Below, in pieces: positions 8,236-21,549 of a stretch of DNA of 64,000 nucleotides. Below the pieces are notes generated by a model. That model saw only the letters and a program-made list of their open reading frames with translations, did no database searches and was not told the DNA's origin. The stretch's first letter is position 1, and each line of letters opens with the position of its first letter. The translations under genes were made by a program, and so were the position numbers. The DNA is taken from assembly GCA_977017575.1 (NCBI GenBank), contig CDRNVI010000105.1, positions 1 to 64,000 on the forward strand. Direction: 5' to 3'. Source of the DNA: Paramoeba atlantica (Eukaryota; Protista; Discosea).

Positions 8236-8730
8236 ATGGGGTCATTTTTGTGTATTTGTTTTCATTCACGAAATCCGATATTTGCTCGTGGGAAATCACT
8301 CGTAGGCATGAATGAAAGCCTGCCGAACGTATTGGGTAAAGAATGCGACCCCAACCCCAAGAATGGCGACCTAATGTATGATGTGGACGCAAAGCTCAGG
8401 TTACTAAAATTCCATTCGTATAATATATATTTGTGCAAGGTAAAGGCGCACATTGGAAACAAATGGAATGAGGAGGCAGATGGTCTAGCACTTTTGGCAT
8501 CACGAAAAGTGGCACGGGCTCCGACCCAAAAAAGGAGAAAAACAACTGCTAACTCGGAGGATAGTGAGAATTCACAACCGTCATGGTCTTTGAAAGCCTT
8601 ACTCAAAAGGAAGTCCCTTGGAAATAAGCAAGCACGAGACATTCCATCATCGAAGCGCAAAGCTGAGGCGGAAGGGGTATTTCGAGGGAAGGTTGCGAGA
8701 GCTGGAGGTAATAGGAAACCGTCTAAGTAG
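8236..8730 (+). CDS. RNase H-like C-terminal ORF, copy 3
   Basis: Same translation as 325..819. Confidence 0.7.
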   Translation: MGSFLCICFHSRNPIFARGKSLVGMNESLPNVLGKECDPNPKNGDLMYDVDAKLRLLKFHSYNIYLCKVKAHIGNKWNEEADGLALLASRKVARAPTQKRRKTTANSEDSENSQPSWSLKALLKRKSLGNKQARDIPSSKRKAEAEGVFRGKVARAGGNRKPSK

Positions 8731-9663
8731 GGAGAGAATTGATGGAATTATTTATTTGCCAACTTAGAATGCCTTGAGGATTATTCATAGGTTATCGGAA
8801 AAATATTGTTTGTTTGTACCGTATCAGACACATATAAACTCTGAACGTGGAAGCGATAGATGAAAGCTTTCAAGGTGTAAACATTAAGTTTTTCAACCGA
8901 CTTTACGTCGGTCTTTTGGATTGGATATTGGATTGGACCCCAACCACACCATTCTTCCGACCCAAAAAGACCCCTTGAGGTCCGAAAAATACTTTTTCAC
9001 CTATTTCAGTCGAAAATGGGTCATTTTGAGTGGCGCACCACGGCTCGAAGAAGAGATACCTTGAGAAACCAAAGGCCGAGAAAGCTAGTATAGGCCCCGA
9101 ACTATCAAAATACAACAGGGGAAAGAATATTGAAAAAATATTTTCTTTGCCAGTTTTTTCGCCAAGTTGAATTTTTTTTCAAAAACATCCGAACTTGGCG
9201 GACCCGTCCTGCGGATACGAGGGGGGGCCACCCCCGGGTAGGGGGCGGAAAATAAGCGCCAACCCCGGCTACCCCTTCTGCGGGTTTTTTTCGAAAAAAA
9301 AATTTCAAAAAAAAAAATCGTGCGGTATGCCCCCCTGTGTTCCTCTTTATATTTTCACTGTTTTTGTTCACTCTTTTTTCAATAATCGAGGGTAGAGCGG
9401 TAGTTATACAACCACCGCAATATAATAATTAAGATATCGCCCAAAGCCCCACCATGAGCGGACAAAGAACCTGCCACTCAAATGCTTGAATTAGCGCTAC
9501 CCGGCTTCACATGCGATAACTGAGTTTCGTTTTGCTCGAGAACTCACGAGATACACCTTGCCAGGGGACCCTCCAGTGTGAAGTGGGTTTCAAATCTTGA
9601 ACTCATCTTTTTTGATATTTTCAAAAATATTTACTCAGTCCGCTACTTTTTTAAAATAACAAA

Positions 9664-10425
9664 TTGATGAATTTCGGGCTTCAAGTTTCCAGCCCTCCCT
9701 CATGCAAGGTATTTGTGGATGGGGTGCCAGATGTTGAAATCGAGGAAAGCGATATTTTCAAACAGAAGTTATGCTTCACGCCAAAACATCTCCAACGATC
9801 CTCCGTAATCCTGTTTTCTTCTCTTTCTCAACCCATAGGAATTTCCACGTCGAGCGGGGACCAATTCGTGTTAGACCCGGAGGGTGGAGCCGTTAACTTT
9901 ACTTGTGCGAGCATGTTGAGCATCACGTTTCACAATCTTTTAAAGAAGGAAGCAGAAAGTGTATGTAGAGATGTTCTTGGTCTTTTTCAAGACAATTTTG
10001 TTAATCCTTCATCTGGGGCCCTTTCATACGACTACGTGAGGAACCAGATTGATCAGAAATACCTTTTTAATGTTTTGAAGTTTCAGAGAATGGTTAAAAA
10101 TGCAGGCAACCCATTTTACCAATACCTTGGGAAAGACCTTTGCAGGTGGATAGTTTTGCATTCAAGTTCAAAAAAGCCCAATTTTGGATTTACACGAGGA
10201 AAAGAGTATAGTGATCTCTTAAAATTTTCTGTTAGCCAGATCATGGGGGAAGAAGTTGCGATGAGCGACCTTTATCAGCTGGTAAGGGGTGAGAAAACCT
10301 TTGATTTGCTCCTTTCTTCAAATTTTACTGTGTTGAAAAGGTTTCTTGTGAAATTTAATGCTGAGTTTCTTTGGTTTCAAGATGAGGCTTCAAAAAAGAC
10401 ATTAATTTCCACAAATCCCCTTTGA
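9664..10425 (+). CDS. Orphan 253-aa ORF, copy 3
   Basis: Same translation as copy 1. Confidence 0.65.
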   Translation: MMNFGLQVSSPPSCKVFVDGVPDVEIEESDIFKQKLCFTPKHLQRSSVILFSSLSQPIGISTSSGDQFVLDPEGGAVNFTCASMLSITFHNLLKKEAESVCRDVLGLFQDNFVNPSSGALSYDYVRNQIDQKYLFNVLKFQRMVKNAGNPFYQYLGKDLCRWIVLHSSSKKPNFGFTRGKEYSDLLKFSVSQIMGEEVAMSDLYQLVRGEKTFDLLLSSNFTVLKRFLVKFNAEFLWFQDEASKKTLISTNPL

Positions 10426-12011
10426 TTCTTAAAGTTTCCCTACTTTTGTAGACATTTCAAAAAGATGCGAAGGACCCTACTAGAGCACTTAATCATAAAC
10501 AATTTTGTACATAACAAACCCCCAGAGCCACCATCATCAAAAATAATTCTCAAGAATTTCTCCTCATTGATGCAAAACGTCTCTTTTAACGCCTTTTATT
10601 TTTGTTTTCGCATAGCCGCCCCCCTCTACCACCAATAAACGCATAAACATTTATCAGCCCCAATGCTACCAAGACCCTTCACAGACAGATTTGGAAGTTC
10701 CAAGGCCGACGTCCTCTACCAGTTTTCGCTTTTCCAAGGCGGCACCAACGTTATGTTACCAACACGCTGCTTCGACGACTTGTATGACAACGCGGCCCAC
10801 CCAAGAGGCTTAAACCGGGTAAGGGGGCCGGCTCCCTGATGGGAGGAGGGGAAGAAGAATCCAATCCAAAAAGAAGAAGAAGAGAAGAGAACCGGTTCCC
10901 TGATGGGAGCGCCCCTGGCGGCCGTCAGAGTACTGGGCCTAGTCGATTCTCAGCCCAGCCTCTTAGATCGAGGCCGCCGGGAATTATGCGATGAGCGGGT
11001 TCGAAACTTTGATCCCTGAAGGAAGAAGGAAGAAGGTTGCTCGACTAAATGATGCTTTCCAATGTAGGGAAGTTACTTCGACAAGTGCTTGTGTAGGATC
11101 TAGTTGAATCTTTAGTGTCTCAACGAGGTTCTGCCAATCTTAAAGCAGAGATTTAAGCCGGGCCGAGGGGTCTGGCCTTTATTTGGGTAGCTTCTACAGA
11201 GGAAAGCGGTGTAATTGTAGTTGGAGACGGTGGGCCTTACAACCTGCAGGTTGGGGGTTATATTCCCGATATCGACAAAACTCGCAACCTGCCGGCCTCA
11301 CTACAAAGGGAAAGCGACCAGGAGTGCCTTCAAGTCCCACACCCAACCCCAAATCAATCATTCCGGATTGCTCCGGATGGCCACTGGCAAGCCAGACCCT
11401 TCACAGAAAGATTTGGAAGTTCCGAGGCCGACGTCCTCTATCAGTTTCCGCTTTTCCAAGGCGGCACCAACGTGCTGTTACCAACACGCTGCGTCGACGA
11501 ACTGTACGTCAACACGGCTTACCCAAGAGGTGTAAGCCGGGTAAGGGAGCTCGTTCCCTGAGGGGAGGGTCCGGGACGGTCCTCCGAGTACTGGGCCTAG
11601 TCGGTTATTAGCCCAGCCTCTTAGAGGGAGGCCGCCAGGAATATTTCGATGAGCGGGTTTGAACTCGCCGTCTGAGCACCACGTGCTTGAAACTTTGAAT
11701 TCTTGCTGCTACGCCACCGCTCGGAAAAAGTCCGCTAGGAAGAAGGCCTCCCTCTGGAGGAACGACCCGGAACCGCAGAGCCGAACCAGGCTCCAGCGCA
11801 GCCGCCGAAAATTCATGCTTCTTACGCAAACGAGGCATGAGACACAGCCTACACGATGCAACGGGGTTGGACGCCCGTCCTGGTAGCTACGGTTGGGTAC
11901 CCGTGCTCGGGCCGCAAGGCTTCGAGTGCCGTCTTGGAAGGGGGAAGCAAGACAATGAAGGTCGGTGGCTTGAGACTCTACCCTAACGGTGCAGAGCCCT
12001 CGGTGTCTTTT

Positions 12012-12050
12012 CTTCTTCTTCTTCTTCTTCTTCTTCTTCTTCTTCTTCTT

Positions 12051-12080
<30 letters not shown>
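12012..12080 (+). repeat. (CTT)23 microsatellite
   Basis: Pure tract. Confidence 0.97.
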
Positions 12081-12081
<1 letters not shown>

Positions 12082-12183
12082 TTCCCCAGAGTCCTGAAAG
12101 CTGGTTTGCAACTCTACTACCGCGTTTAACGAAAAGCCTAAATTGAAATATTATAGCCAAAAATAGCCGATTTTCGGGTAAAA

Positions 12184-12678
12184 ATGGGGTCATTTTTGTG
12201 TATTTGTTTTCATTCACGAAATCCGATATTTGCTCGTGGGAAATCACTCGTAGGCATGAATGAAAGCCTGCCGAACGTATTGGGTAAAGAATGCGACCCC
12301 AACCCCAAGAATGGCGACCTAATGTATGATGTGGACGCAAAGCTCAGGTTACTAAAATTCCATTCGTATAATATATATTTGTGCAAGGTAAAGGCGCACA
12401 TTGGAAACAAATGGAATGAGGAGGCAGATGGTCTAGCACTTTTGGCATCACGAAAAGTGGCACGGGCTCCGACCCAAAAAAGGAGAAAAACAACTGCTAA
12501 CTCGGAGGATAGTGAGAATTCACAACCGTCATGGTCTTTGAAAGCCTTACTCAAAAGGAAGTCCCTTGGAAATAAGCAAGCACGAGACATTCCATCATCG
12601 AAGCGCAAAGCTGAGGCGGAAGGGGTATTTCGAGGGAAGGTTGCGAGAGCTGGAGGTAATAGGAAACCGTCTAAGTAG
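12184..12678 (+). CDS. RNase H-like C-terminal ORF, copy 4
   Basis: Same translation as 325..819. Confidence 0.7.
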   Translation: MGSFLCICFHSRNPIFARGKSLVGMNESLPNVLGKECDPNPKNGDLMYDVDAKLRLLKFHSYNIYLCKVKAHIGNKWNEEADGLALLASRKVARAPTQKRRKTTANSEDSENSQPSWSLKALLKRKSLGNKQARDIPSSKRKAEAEGVFRGKVARAGGNRKPSK

Positions 12679-13611
12679 GGAGAGAATTGATGGAATTATT
12701 TATTTGCCAACTTAGAATGCCTTGAGGATTATTCATAGGTTATCGGAAAAATATTGTTTGTTTGTACCGTATCAGACACATATAAACTCTGAACGTGGAA
12801 GCGATAGATGAAAGCTTTCAAGGTGTAAACATTAAGTTTTTCAACCGACTTTACGTCGGTCTTTTGGATTGGATATTGGATTGGACCCCAACCACACCAT
12901 TCTTCCGACCCAAAAAGACCCCTTGAGGTCCGAAAAATACTTTTTCACCTATTTCAGTCGAAAATGGGTCATTTTGAGTGGCGCACCACGGCTCGAAGAA
13001 GAGATACCTTGAGAAACCAAAGGCCGAGAAAGCTAGTATAGGCCCCGAACTATCAAAATACAACAGGGGAAAGAATATTGAAAAAATATTTTCTTTGCCA
13101 GTTTTTTCGCCAAGTTGAATTTTTTTTCAAAAACATCCGAACTTGGCGGACCCGTCCTGCGGATACGAGGGGGGGCCACCCCCGGGTAGGGGGCGGAAAA
13201 TAAGCGCCAACCCCGGCTACCCCTTCTGCGGGTTTTTTTCGAAAAAAAAATTTCAAAAAAAAAAATCGTGCGGTATGCCCCCCTGTGTTCCTCTTTATAT
13301 TTTCACTGTTTTTGTTCACTCTTTTTTCAATAATCGAGGGTAGAGCGGTAGTTATACAACCACCGCAATATAATAATTAAGATATCGCCCAAAGCCCCAC
13401 CATGAGCGGACAAAGAACCTGCCACTCAAATGCTTGAATTAGCGCTACCCGGCTTCACATGCGATAACTGAGTTTCGTTTTGCTCGAGAACTCACGAGAT
13501 ACACCTTGCCAGGGGACCCTCCAGTGTGAAGTGGGTTTCAAATCTTGAACTCATCTTTTTTGATATTTTCAAAAATATTTACTCAGTCCGCTACTTTTTT
13601 AAAATAACAAA

Positions 13612-14373
13612 TTGATGAATTTCGGGCTTCAAGTTTCCAGCCCTCCCTCATGCAAGGTATTTGTGGATGGGGTGCCAGATGTTGAAATCGAGGAAAGCGA
13701 TATTTTCAAACAGAAGTTATGCTTCACGCCAAAACATCTCCAACGATCCTCCGTAATCCTGTTTTCTTCTCTTTCTCAACCCATAGGAATTTCCACGTCG
13801 AGCGGGGACCAATTCGTGTTAGACCCGGAGGGTGGAGCCGTTAACTTTACTTGTGCGAGCATGTTGAGCATCACGTTTCACAATCTTTTAAAGAAGGAAG
13901 CAGAAAGTGTATGTAGAGATGTTCTTGGTCTTTTTCAAGACAATTTTGTTAATCCTTCATCTGGGGCCCTTTCATACGACTACGTGAGGAACCAGATTGA
14001 TCAGAAATACCTTTTTAATGTTTTGAAGTTTCAGAGAATGGTTAAAAATGCAGGCAACCCATTTTACCAATACCTTGGGAAAGACCTTTGCAGGTGGATA
14101 GTTTTGCATTCAAGTTCAAAAAAGCCCAATTTTGGATTTACACGAGGAAAAGAGTATAGTGATCTCTTAAAATTTTCTGTTAGCCAGATCATGGGGGAAG
14201 AAGTTGCGATGAGCGACCTTTATCAGCTGGTAAGGGGTGAGAAAACCTTTGATTTGCTCCTTTCTTCAAATTTTACTGTGTTGAAAAGGTTTCTTGTGAA
14301 ATTTAATGCTGAGTTTCTTTGGTTTCAAGATGAGGCTTCAAAAAAGACATTAATTTCCACAAATCCCCTTTGA
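13612..14373 (+). CDS. Orphan 253-aa ORF, copy 4
   Basis: Same translation as copy 1. Confidence 0.65.
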   Translation: MMNFGLQVSSPPSCKVFVDGVPDVEIEESDIFKQKLCFTPKHLQRSSVILFSSLSQPIGISTSSGDQFVLDPEGGAVNFTCASMLSITFHNLLKKEAESVCRDVLGLFQDNFVNPSSGALSYDYVRNQIDQKYLFNVLKFQRMVKNAGNPFYQYLGKDLCRWIVLHSSSKKPNFGFTRGKEYSDLLKFSVSQIMGEEVAMSDLYQLVRGEKTFDLLLSSNFTVLKRFLVKFNAEFLWFQDEASKKTLISTNPL

Positions 14374-15959
14374 TTCTTAAAGTTTCCCTACTTTTGTAGA
14401 CATTTCAAAAAGATGCGAAGGACCCTACTAGAGCACTTAATCATAAACAATTTTGTACATAACAAACCCCCAGAGCCACCATCATCAAAAATAATTCTCA
14501 AGAATTTCTCCTCATTGATGCAAAACGTCTCTTTTAACGCCTTTTATTTTTGTTTTCGCATAGCCGCCCCCCTCTACCACCAATAAACGCATAAACATTT
14601 ATCAGCCCCAATGCTACCAAGACCCTTCACAGACAGATTTGGAAGTTCCAAGGCCGACGTCCTCTACCAGTTTTCGCTTTTCCAAGGCGGCACCAACGTT
14701 ATGTTACCAACACGCTGCTTCGACGACTTGTATGACAACGCGGCCCACCCAAGAGGCTTAAACCGGGTAAGGGGGCCGGCTCCCTGATGGGAGGAGGGGA
14801 AGAAGAATCCAATCCAAAAAGAAGAAGAAGAGAAGAGAACCGGTTCCCTGATGGGAGCGCCCCTGGCGGCCGTCAGAGTACTGGGCCTAGTCGATTCTCA
14901 GCCCAGCCTCTTAGATCGAGGCCGCCGGGAATTATGCGATGAGCGGGTTCGAAACTTTGATCCCTGAAGGAAGAAGGAAGAAGGTTGCTCGACTAAATGA
15001 TGCTTTCCAATGTAGGGAAGTTACTTCGACAAGTGCTTGTGTAGGATCTAGTTGAATCTTTAGTGTCTCAACGAGGTTCTGCCAATCTTAAAGCAGAGAT
15101 TTAAGCCGGGCCGAGGGGTCTGGCCTTTATTTGGGTAGCTTCTACAGAGGAAAGCGGTGTAATTGTAGTTGGAGACGGTGGGCCTTACAACCTGCAGGTT
15201 GGGGGTTATATTCCCGATATCGACAAAACTCGCAACCTGCCGGCCTCACTACAAAGGGAAAGCGACCAGGAGTGCCTTCAAGTCCCACACCCAACCCCAA
15301 ATCAATCATTCCGGATTGCTCCGGATGGCCACTGGCAAGCCAGACCCTTCACAGAAAGATTTGGAAGTTCCGAGGCCGACGTCCTCTATCAGTTTCCGCT
15401 TTTCCAAGGCGGCACCAACGTGCTGTTACCAACACGCTGCGTCGACGAACTGTACGTCAACACGGCTTACCCAAGAGGTGTAAGCCGGGTAAGGGAGCTC
15501 GTTCCCTGAGGGGAGGGTCCGGGACGGTCCTCCGAGTACTGGGCCTAGTCGGTTATTAGCCCAGCCTCTTAGAGGGAGGCCGCCAGGAATATTTCGATGA
15601 GCGGGTTTGAACTCGCCGTCTGAGCACCACGTGCTTGAAACTTTGAATTCTTGCTGCTACGCCACCGCTCGGAAAAAGTCCGCTAGGAAGAAGGCCTCCC
15701 TCTGGAGGAACGACCCGGAACCGCAGAGCCGAACCAGGCTCCAGCGCAGCCGCCGAAAATTCATGCTTCTTACGCAAACGAGGCATGAGACACAGCCTAC
15801 ACGATGCAACGGGGTTGGACGCCCGTCCTGGTAGCTACGGTTGGGTACCCGTGCTCGGGCCGCAAGGCTTCGAGTGCCGTCTTGGAAGGGGGAAGCAAGA
15901 CAATGAAGGTCGGTGGCTTGAGACTCTACCCTAACGGTGCAGAGCCCTCGGTGTCTTTT

Positions 15960-16043
15960 CTTCTTCTTCTTCTTCTTCTTCTTCTTCTTCTTCTTCTTCT
16001 TCTTCTTCTTCTTCTTCTTCTTCTTCTTCTTCTTCTTCTTCTT

Positions 16044-16073
<30 letters not shown>
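15960..16073 (+). repeat. (CTT)38 microsatellite (longest)
   Basis: Pure tract. Confidence 0.97.
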
Positions 16074-16074
<1 letters not shown>

Positions 16075-16176
16075 TTCCCCAGAGTCCTGAAAGCTGGTTT
16101 GCAACTCTACTACCGCGTTTAACGAAAAGCCTAAATTGAAATATTATAGCCAAAAATAGCCGATTTTCGGGTAAAA

Positions 16177-16671
16177 ATGGGGTCATTTTTGTGTATTTGT
16201 TTTCATTCACGAAATCCGATATTTGCTCGTGGGAAATCACTCGTAGGCATGAATGAAAGCCTGCCGAACGTATTGGGTAAAGAATGCGACCCCAACCCCA
16301 AGAATGGCGACCTAATGTATGATGTGGACGCAAAGCTCAGGTTACTAAAATTCCATTCGTATAATATATATTTGTGCAAGGTAAAGGCGCACATTGGAAA
16401 CAAATGGAATGAGGAGGCAGATGGTCTAGCACTTTTGGCATCACGAAAAGTGGCACGGGCTCCGACCCAAAAAAGGAGAAAAACAACTGCTAACTCGGAG
16501 GATAGTGAGAATTCACAACCGTCATGGTATTTGAAAGCCTTACTCAAAAGGAAGTCCCTTGGAAATAAGCAAGCACGAGACATTCCATCATCGAAGCGCA
16601 AAGCTGAGGCGGAAGGGGTATTTCGAGGGAAGGTTGCGAGAGCTGGAGGTAATAGGAAACCGTCTAAGTAG
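16177..16671 (+). CDS. RNase H-like C-terminal ORF, copy 5
   Basis: Private S->Y in the tail (16529). Confidence 0.7.
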   Translation: MGSFLCICFHSRNPIFARGKSLVGMNESLPNVLGKECDPNPKNGDLMYDVDAKLRLLKFHSYNIYLCKVKAHIGNKWNEEADGLALLASRKVARAPTQKRRKTTANSEDSENSQPSWYLKALLKRKSLGNKQARDIPSSKRKAEAEGVFRGKVARAGGNRKPSK

Positions 16672-17604
16672 GGAGAGAATTGATGGAATTATTTCTTTGC
16701 CAACTTAGAATGCCTTGAGGATTATTCATAGGTTATCGGAAAAATATTGTTTGTTTGTACCGTATCAGACACATATAAACTCTGAACGTGGAAGCGATAG
16801 ATGAAAGCTTTCAAGGTGTAAACATTAAGTTTTTCAACCGACTTTACGTCGGTCTTTTGGATTGGATATTGGATTGGACCCCAACCACACCATTCTTCCG
16901 ACCCAAAAAGACCCCTTGAGGTCCGAAAAATACTTTTTCACCTATTTCAGTCGAAAATGGGTCATTTTGAGTGGCGCACCACGGCTCGAAGAAGAGATAC
17001 CTTGAGAAACCAAAGGCCGAGAAAGCTAGTATAGGCCCCGAACTATCAAAATACAACAGGGGAAAGAATATTGAAAAAATATTTTCTTTGCCAGTTTTTT
17101 CGCCAAGTTGAATTTTTTTTCAAAAACATCCGAACTTGGCGGACCCGTCCTGCGGATACGAGGGGGGGCCACCCCCGGGTAGGGGGCGGAAAATAAGCGC
17201 CAACCCCGGCTACCCCTTCTGCGGGTTTTTTTCGAAAAAAAAATTTCAAAAAAAAAAATCGTGCGGTATGCCCCCCTGTGTTCCTCTTTATATTTTCACT
17301 GTTTTTGTTCACTCTTTTTTCAATAATCGAGGGTAGAGTGGTAGTTATACAACCACCGCAATATAATAATTAAGATATCGCCCAAAGCCCCACCATGAGC
17401 GGACAAAGAACCTGCCACTCAAATGCTTGAATTAGCGCTACCCGGCTTCACATGCGATAACTGAGTTTCGTTTTGCTCGAGAACTCACGAGATACACCTT
17501 GCCAGGGGACCCTCCAGTGTGAAGTGGGTTTCAAATCTTGAACTCATCTTTTTTGATATTTTCAAAAATATTTACTCAGTCCGCTACTTTTTTAAAATAA
17601 CAAA

Positions 17605-18366
17605 TTGATGAATTTCGGGCTTCAAGTTTCCAGCCCTCCCTCATGCAAGGTATTTGTGGATGGGGTGCCAGATGTTGAAATCGAGGAAAGCGATATTTTC
17701 AAACAGAAGTTATGCGTCACGCCAAAACATCTCCAACGATCCTCCGTAATCCTGTTTTCTTCTCTTTCTCAACCCATAGGAATTTCCACGTCGAGCGGGG
17801 ACCAATTCGTGTTAGACCCGGAGGGTGGAGCCGTTAACTTTACTTGTGCGAGCATGTTGAGCATCACGTTTCACAATCTTTTAAAGAAGGAAGCAGAAAG
17901 TGTATGTAGAGATGTTCTTGGTCTTTTTCAAGACAATTTTGTTAATCCTTCATCTGGGGCCCTTTCATACGACTACGTGAGGAACCAGATTGATCAGAAA
18001 TACCTTTTTAATGTTTTGAAGTTTCAGAGAATGGTTAAAAATGCAGGCAACCCATTTTACCAATACCTTGGGAAAGACCTTTGCAGGTGGATAGTTTTGC
18101 ATTCAAGTTCAAAAAAGCCCAATTTTGGATTTACACGAGGAAAAGAGTATAGTGATCTCTTAAAATTTTCTGTTAGCCAGATCATGGGGGAAGAAGTTGC
18201 GATGAGCGACCTTTATCAGCTGGTAAGGGGTGAGAAAACCTTTGATTTGCTCCTTTCTTCAAATTTTACTGTGTTGAAAAAGTTTCTTGTGAAATTTAAT
18301 GCTGAGTTTCTTTGGTTTCAAGATGAGGCTTCAAAAAAGACATTAATTTCCACAAATCCCCTTTGA
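17605..18366 (+). CDS. Orphan 253-aa ORF, copy 5
   Basis: V38, K226 alleles. Confidence 0.65.
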   Translation: MMNFGLQVSSPPSCKVFVDGVPDVEIEESDIFKQKLCVTPKHLQRSSVILFSSLSQPIGISTSSGDQFVLDPEGGAVNFTCASMLSITFHNLLKKEAESVCRDVLGLFQDNFVNPSSGALSYDYVRNQIDQKYLFNVLKFQRMVKNAGNPFYQYLGKDLCRWIVLHSSSKKPNFGFTRGKEYSDLLKFSVSQIMGEEVAMSDLYQLVRGEKTFDLLLSSNFTVLKKFLVKFNAEFLWFQDEASKKTLISTNPL

Positions 18367-19952
18367 TTCTTAAAGTTTCCCTACTTTTGTAGACATTTCA
18401 AAAAGATGCGAAGGACCCTACTAGAGCACTTAATCATAAACAATTTTGTACATAACAAACCCCCAGAGACACCATCATCAAAAATAATTCTCAAGAATTT
18501 CTCCTCATTGATGCAAAACGTCTCTTTTAACGCCTTTTATTTTTGTTTTCGCATAGCCGCCCCCCTCTACCACCAATAAACGCATAAACATTTATCAGCC
18601 CCAATGCTACCAAGACCCTTCACAGACAGATTTGGAAGTTCCAAGGCCGACGTCCTCTACCAGTTTTCGCTTTTCCAAGGCGGCACCAACGTTATGTTAC
18701 CAACACGCTGCTTCGACGGCTTGTATGACAACGCGGCCCACCCAAGAGGCTTAAACCGGGTAAGGGGGCCGGCTCCCTGATGGGAGGAGGGGAAGAAGAA
18801 TCCAATCCAAAAAGAAGAAGAAGAGAAGAGAACCGGTTCCCTGATGGGAGCGCCCCTGGCGGCCGTCAGAGTACTGGGCCTAGTCGATTCTCAGCCCAGC
18901 CTCTTAGATCGAGGCCGCCGGGAATTATGCGATGAGCGGGTTCGAAACTTTGATCCCTGAAGGAAGAAGGAAGAAGGTTGCTCGACTAAATGATGCTTTC
19001 CAATGTAGGGAAGTTACTTCGACAAGTGCTTGTGTAGGCTCTAGTTGAATCTTTAGTGTCTCAACGAGGTTCTGCCAATCTTAAAGCAGAGATTTAAGCC
19101 GGGCCGAGGGGTCTGGCCTTTATTTGGGTAGCTTCTACAGAGGAAAGCGGTGTAATTGTAGTTGGAGACGGTGGGCCTTACAACCTGCAGGTTGGGGGTT
19201 ATATTCCCGATATCGACAAAACTCGCAACCTGCCGGCCTCACTACAAAGGGAAAGCGACCAGGAGTGCCTTCAAGTCCCACACCCAACCCCAAATCAATC
19301 ATTCCGGATTGCTCCGGATGGCCACTGGCAAGCCAGACCCTTCACAGAAAGATTTGGAAGTTCCGAGGCCGACGTCCTCTATCAGTTTCCGCTTTTCCAA
19401 GGCGGCACCAACGTGCTGTTACCAACACGCTGCGTCGACGAACTGTACGTCAACACGGCTTACCCAAGAGGTGTAAGCCGGGTAAGGGAGCTCGTTCCCT
19501 GAGGGGAGGGTCCGGGACGGTCCTCCGAGTACTGGGCCTAGTCGGTTATTAGCCCAGCCTCTTAGAGGGAGGCCGCCAGGAATATTTCGATGAGCGGGTT
19601 TGAACTCGCCGTCTGAGCACCACGTGCTTGAAACTTTGAATTCTTGCTGCTACGCCACCGCTCGGAAAAAGTCCGCTAGGAAGAAGGCCTCCCTCTGGAG
19701 GAACGACCCGGAACCGCAGAGCCGAACCAGGCTCCAGCGCAGCCGCCGAAAATTCATGCTTCTTACGCAAACGAGGCATGAGACACAGCCTACACGATGC
19801 AACGGGGTTGGACGCCCGTCCTGGTAGCTACGGTTGGGTACCCGTGCTCGGGCCGCAAGGCTTCGAGTGCCGTCTTGGAAGGGGGCAGCAAGACAATGAA
19901 GGTCGGTGGCTTGAGACTCTACCCTAACGGTGCAGAGCCCTCGGTGTCTTTT

Positions 19953-19988
19953 CTTCTTCTTCTTCTTCTTCTTCTTCTTCTTCTTCTT

Positions 19989-20018
<30 letters not shown>
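19953..20018 (+). repeat. (CTT)22 microsatellite
   Basis: Pure tract. Confidence 0.97.
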
Positions 20019-20019
<1 letters not shown>

Positions 20020-20121
20020 TTCCCCAGAGTCCTGAAAGCTGGTTTGCAACTCTACTACCGCGTTTAACGAAAAGCCTAAATTGAAATATTATAGCCAAAA
20101 ATAGCCGATTTTCGGGTAAAA

Positions 20122-20616
20122 ATGGGGTCATTTTTGTGTATTTGTTTTCATTCACGAAATCCGATATTTGCTCGTGGGAAATCACTCGTAGGCATGAATG
20201 AAAGCCTGCCGAACGTATTGGGTAAAGAATGCGACCCCAACCCCAAGAATGGCGACCTAATGTATGATGTGGACGCAAAGCTCAGGTTACTAAAATTCCA
20301 TTCGTATAATATATATTTGTGCAAGGTAAAGGCGCACATTGGAAACAAATGGAATGAGGAGGCAGATGGTCTAGCACTTTTGGCATCACGAAAAGTGGCA
20401 CGGGCTCCGACCCAAAAAAGGAGAAAAACAACTGCTAACTCGGAGGATAGTGAGAATTCACAACCGTCATGGTCTTTGAAAGCCTTACTCAAAAGGAAGT
20501 CCCTTGGAAATAAGCAAGCACGAGACATTCCATCATCGAAGCGCAAAGCTGAGGCGGAAGGGGTATTTCGAGGGAAGGTTGCGAGAGCTGGAGGTAATAG
20601 GAAACCGTCTAAGTAG
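20122..20616 (+). CDS. RNase H-like C-terminal ORF, copy 6
   Basis: Same translation as 325..819. Confidence 0.7.
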   Translation: MGSFLCICFHSRNPIFARGKSLVGMNESLPNVLGKECDPNPKNGDLMYDVDAKLRLLKFHSYNIYLCKVKAHIGNKWNEEADGLALLASRKVARAPTQKRRKTTANSEDSENSQPSWSLKALLKRKSLGNKQARDIPSSKRKAEAEGVFRGKVARAGGNRKPSK

Positions 20617-21549
20617 GGAGAGAATTGATGGAATTATTTCTTTGCCAACTTAGAATGCCTTGAGGATTATTCATAGGTTATCGGAAAAATATTGTTTGTT
20701 TGTACCGTATCAGACACATATAAACTCTGAACGTGGAAGCGATAGATGAAAGCTTTCAAGGTGTAAACATTAAGTTTTTCAACCGACTTTACGTCGGTCT
20801 TTTGGATTGGATATTGGATTGGACCCCAACCACACCATTCTTCCGACCCAAAAAGACCCCTTGAGGTCCGAAAAATACTTTTTCACCTATTTCAGTCGAA
20901 AATGGGTCATTTTGAGTGGCGCACCACGGCTCGAAGAAGAGATACCTTGAGAAACCAAAGGCCGAGAAAGCTAGTATAGGCCCCGAACTATCAAAATACA
21001 ACAGGGGAAAGAATATTGAAAAAATATTTTCTTTGCCAGTTTTTTCGCCAAGTTGAATTTTTTTTCAAAAACATCCGAACTTGGCGGACCCGTCCTGCGG
21101 ATACGAGGGGGGGCCACCCCCGGGTAGGGGGCGGAAAATAAGCGCCAACCCCGGCTACCCCTTCTGCGGGTTTTTTTCGAAAAAAAAATTTCAAAAAAAA
21201 AAATCGTGCGGTATGCCCCCCTATGTTCCTCTTTATATTTTCACTGTTTTTGTTCACTCTTTTTTCAATAATCGAGGGTAGAGTGGTAGTTATACAACCA
21301 CCGCAATATAATAATTAAGATATCGCCCAAAGCCCCACCATGAGCGGACAAAGAACCTGCCACTCAAATGCTTGAATTAGCGCTACCCGGCTTCACATGC
21401 GATAACTGAGTTTCGTTTTGCTCGAGAACTCACGAGATACACCTTGCCAGGGGACCCTCCAGTGTGAAGTGGGTTTCAAATCTTGAACTCATCTTTTTTG
21501 ATATTTTCAAAAATATTTACTCAGTCCGCTACTTTTTTAAAATAACAAA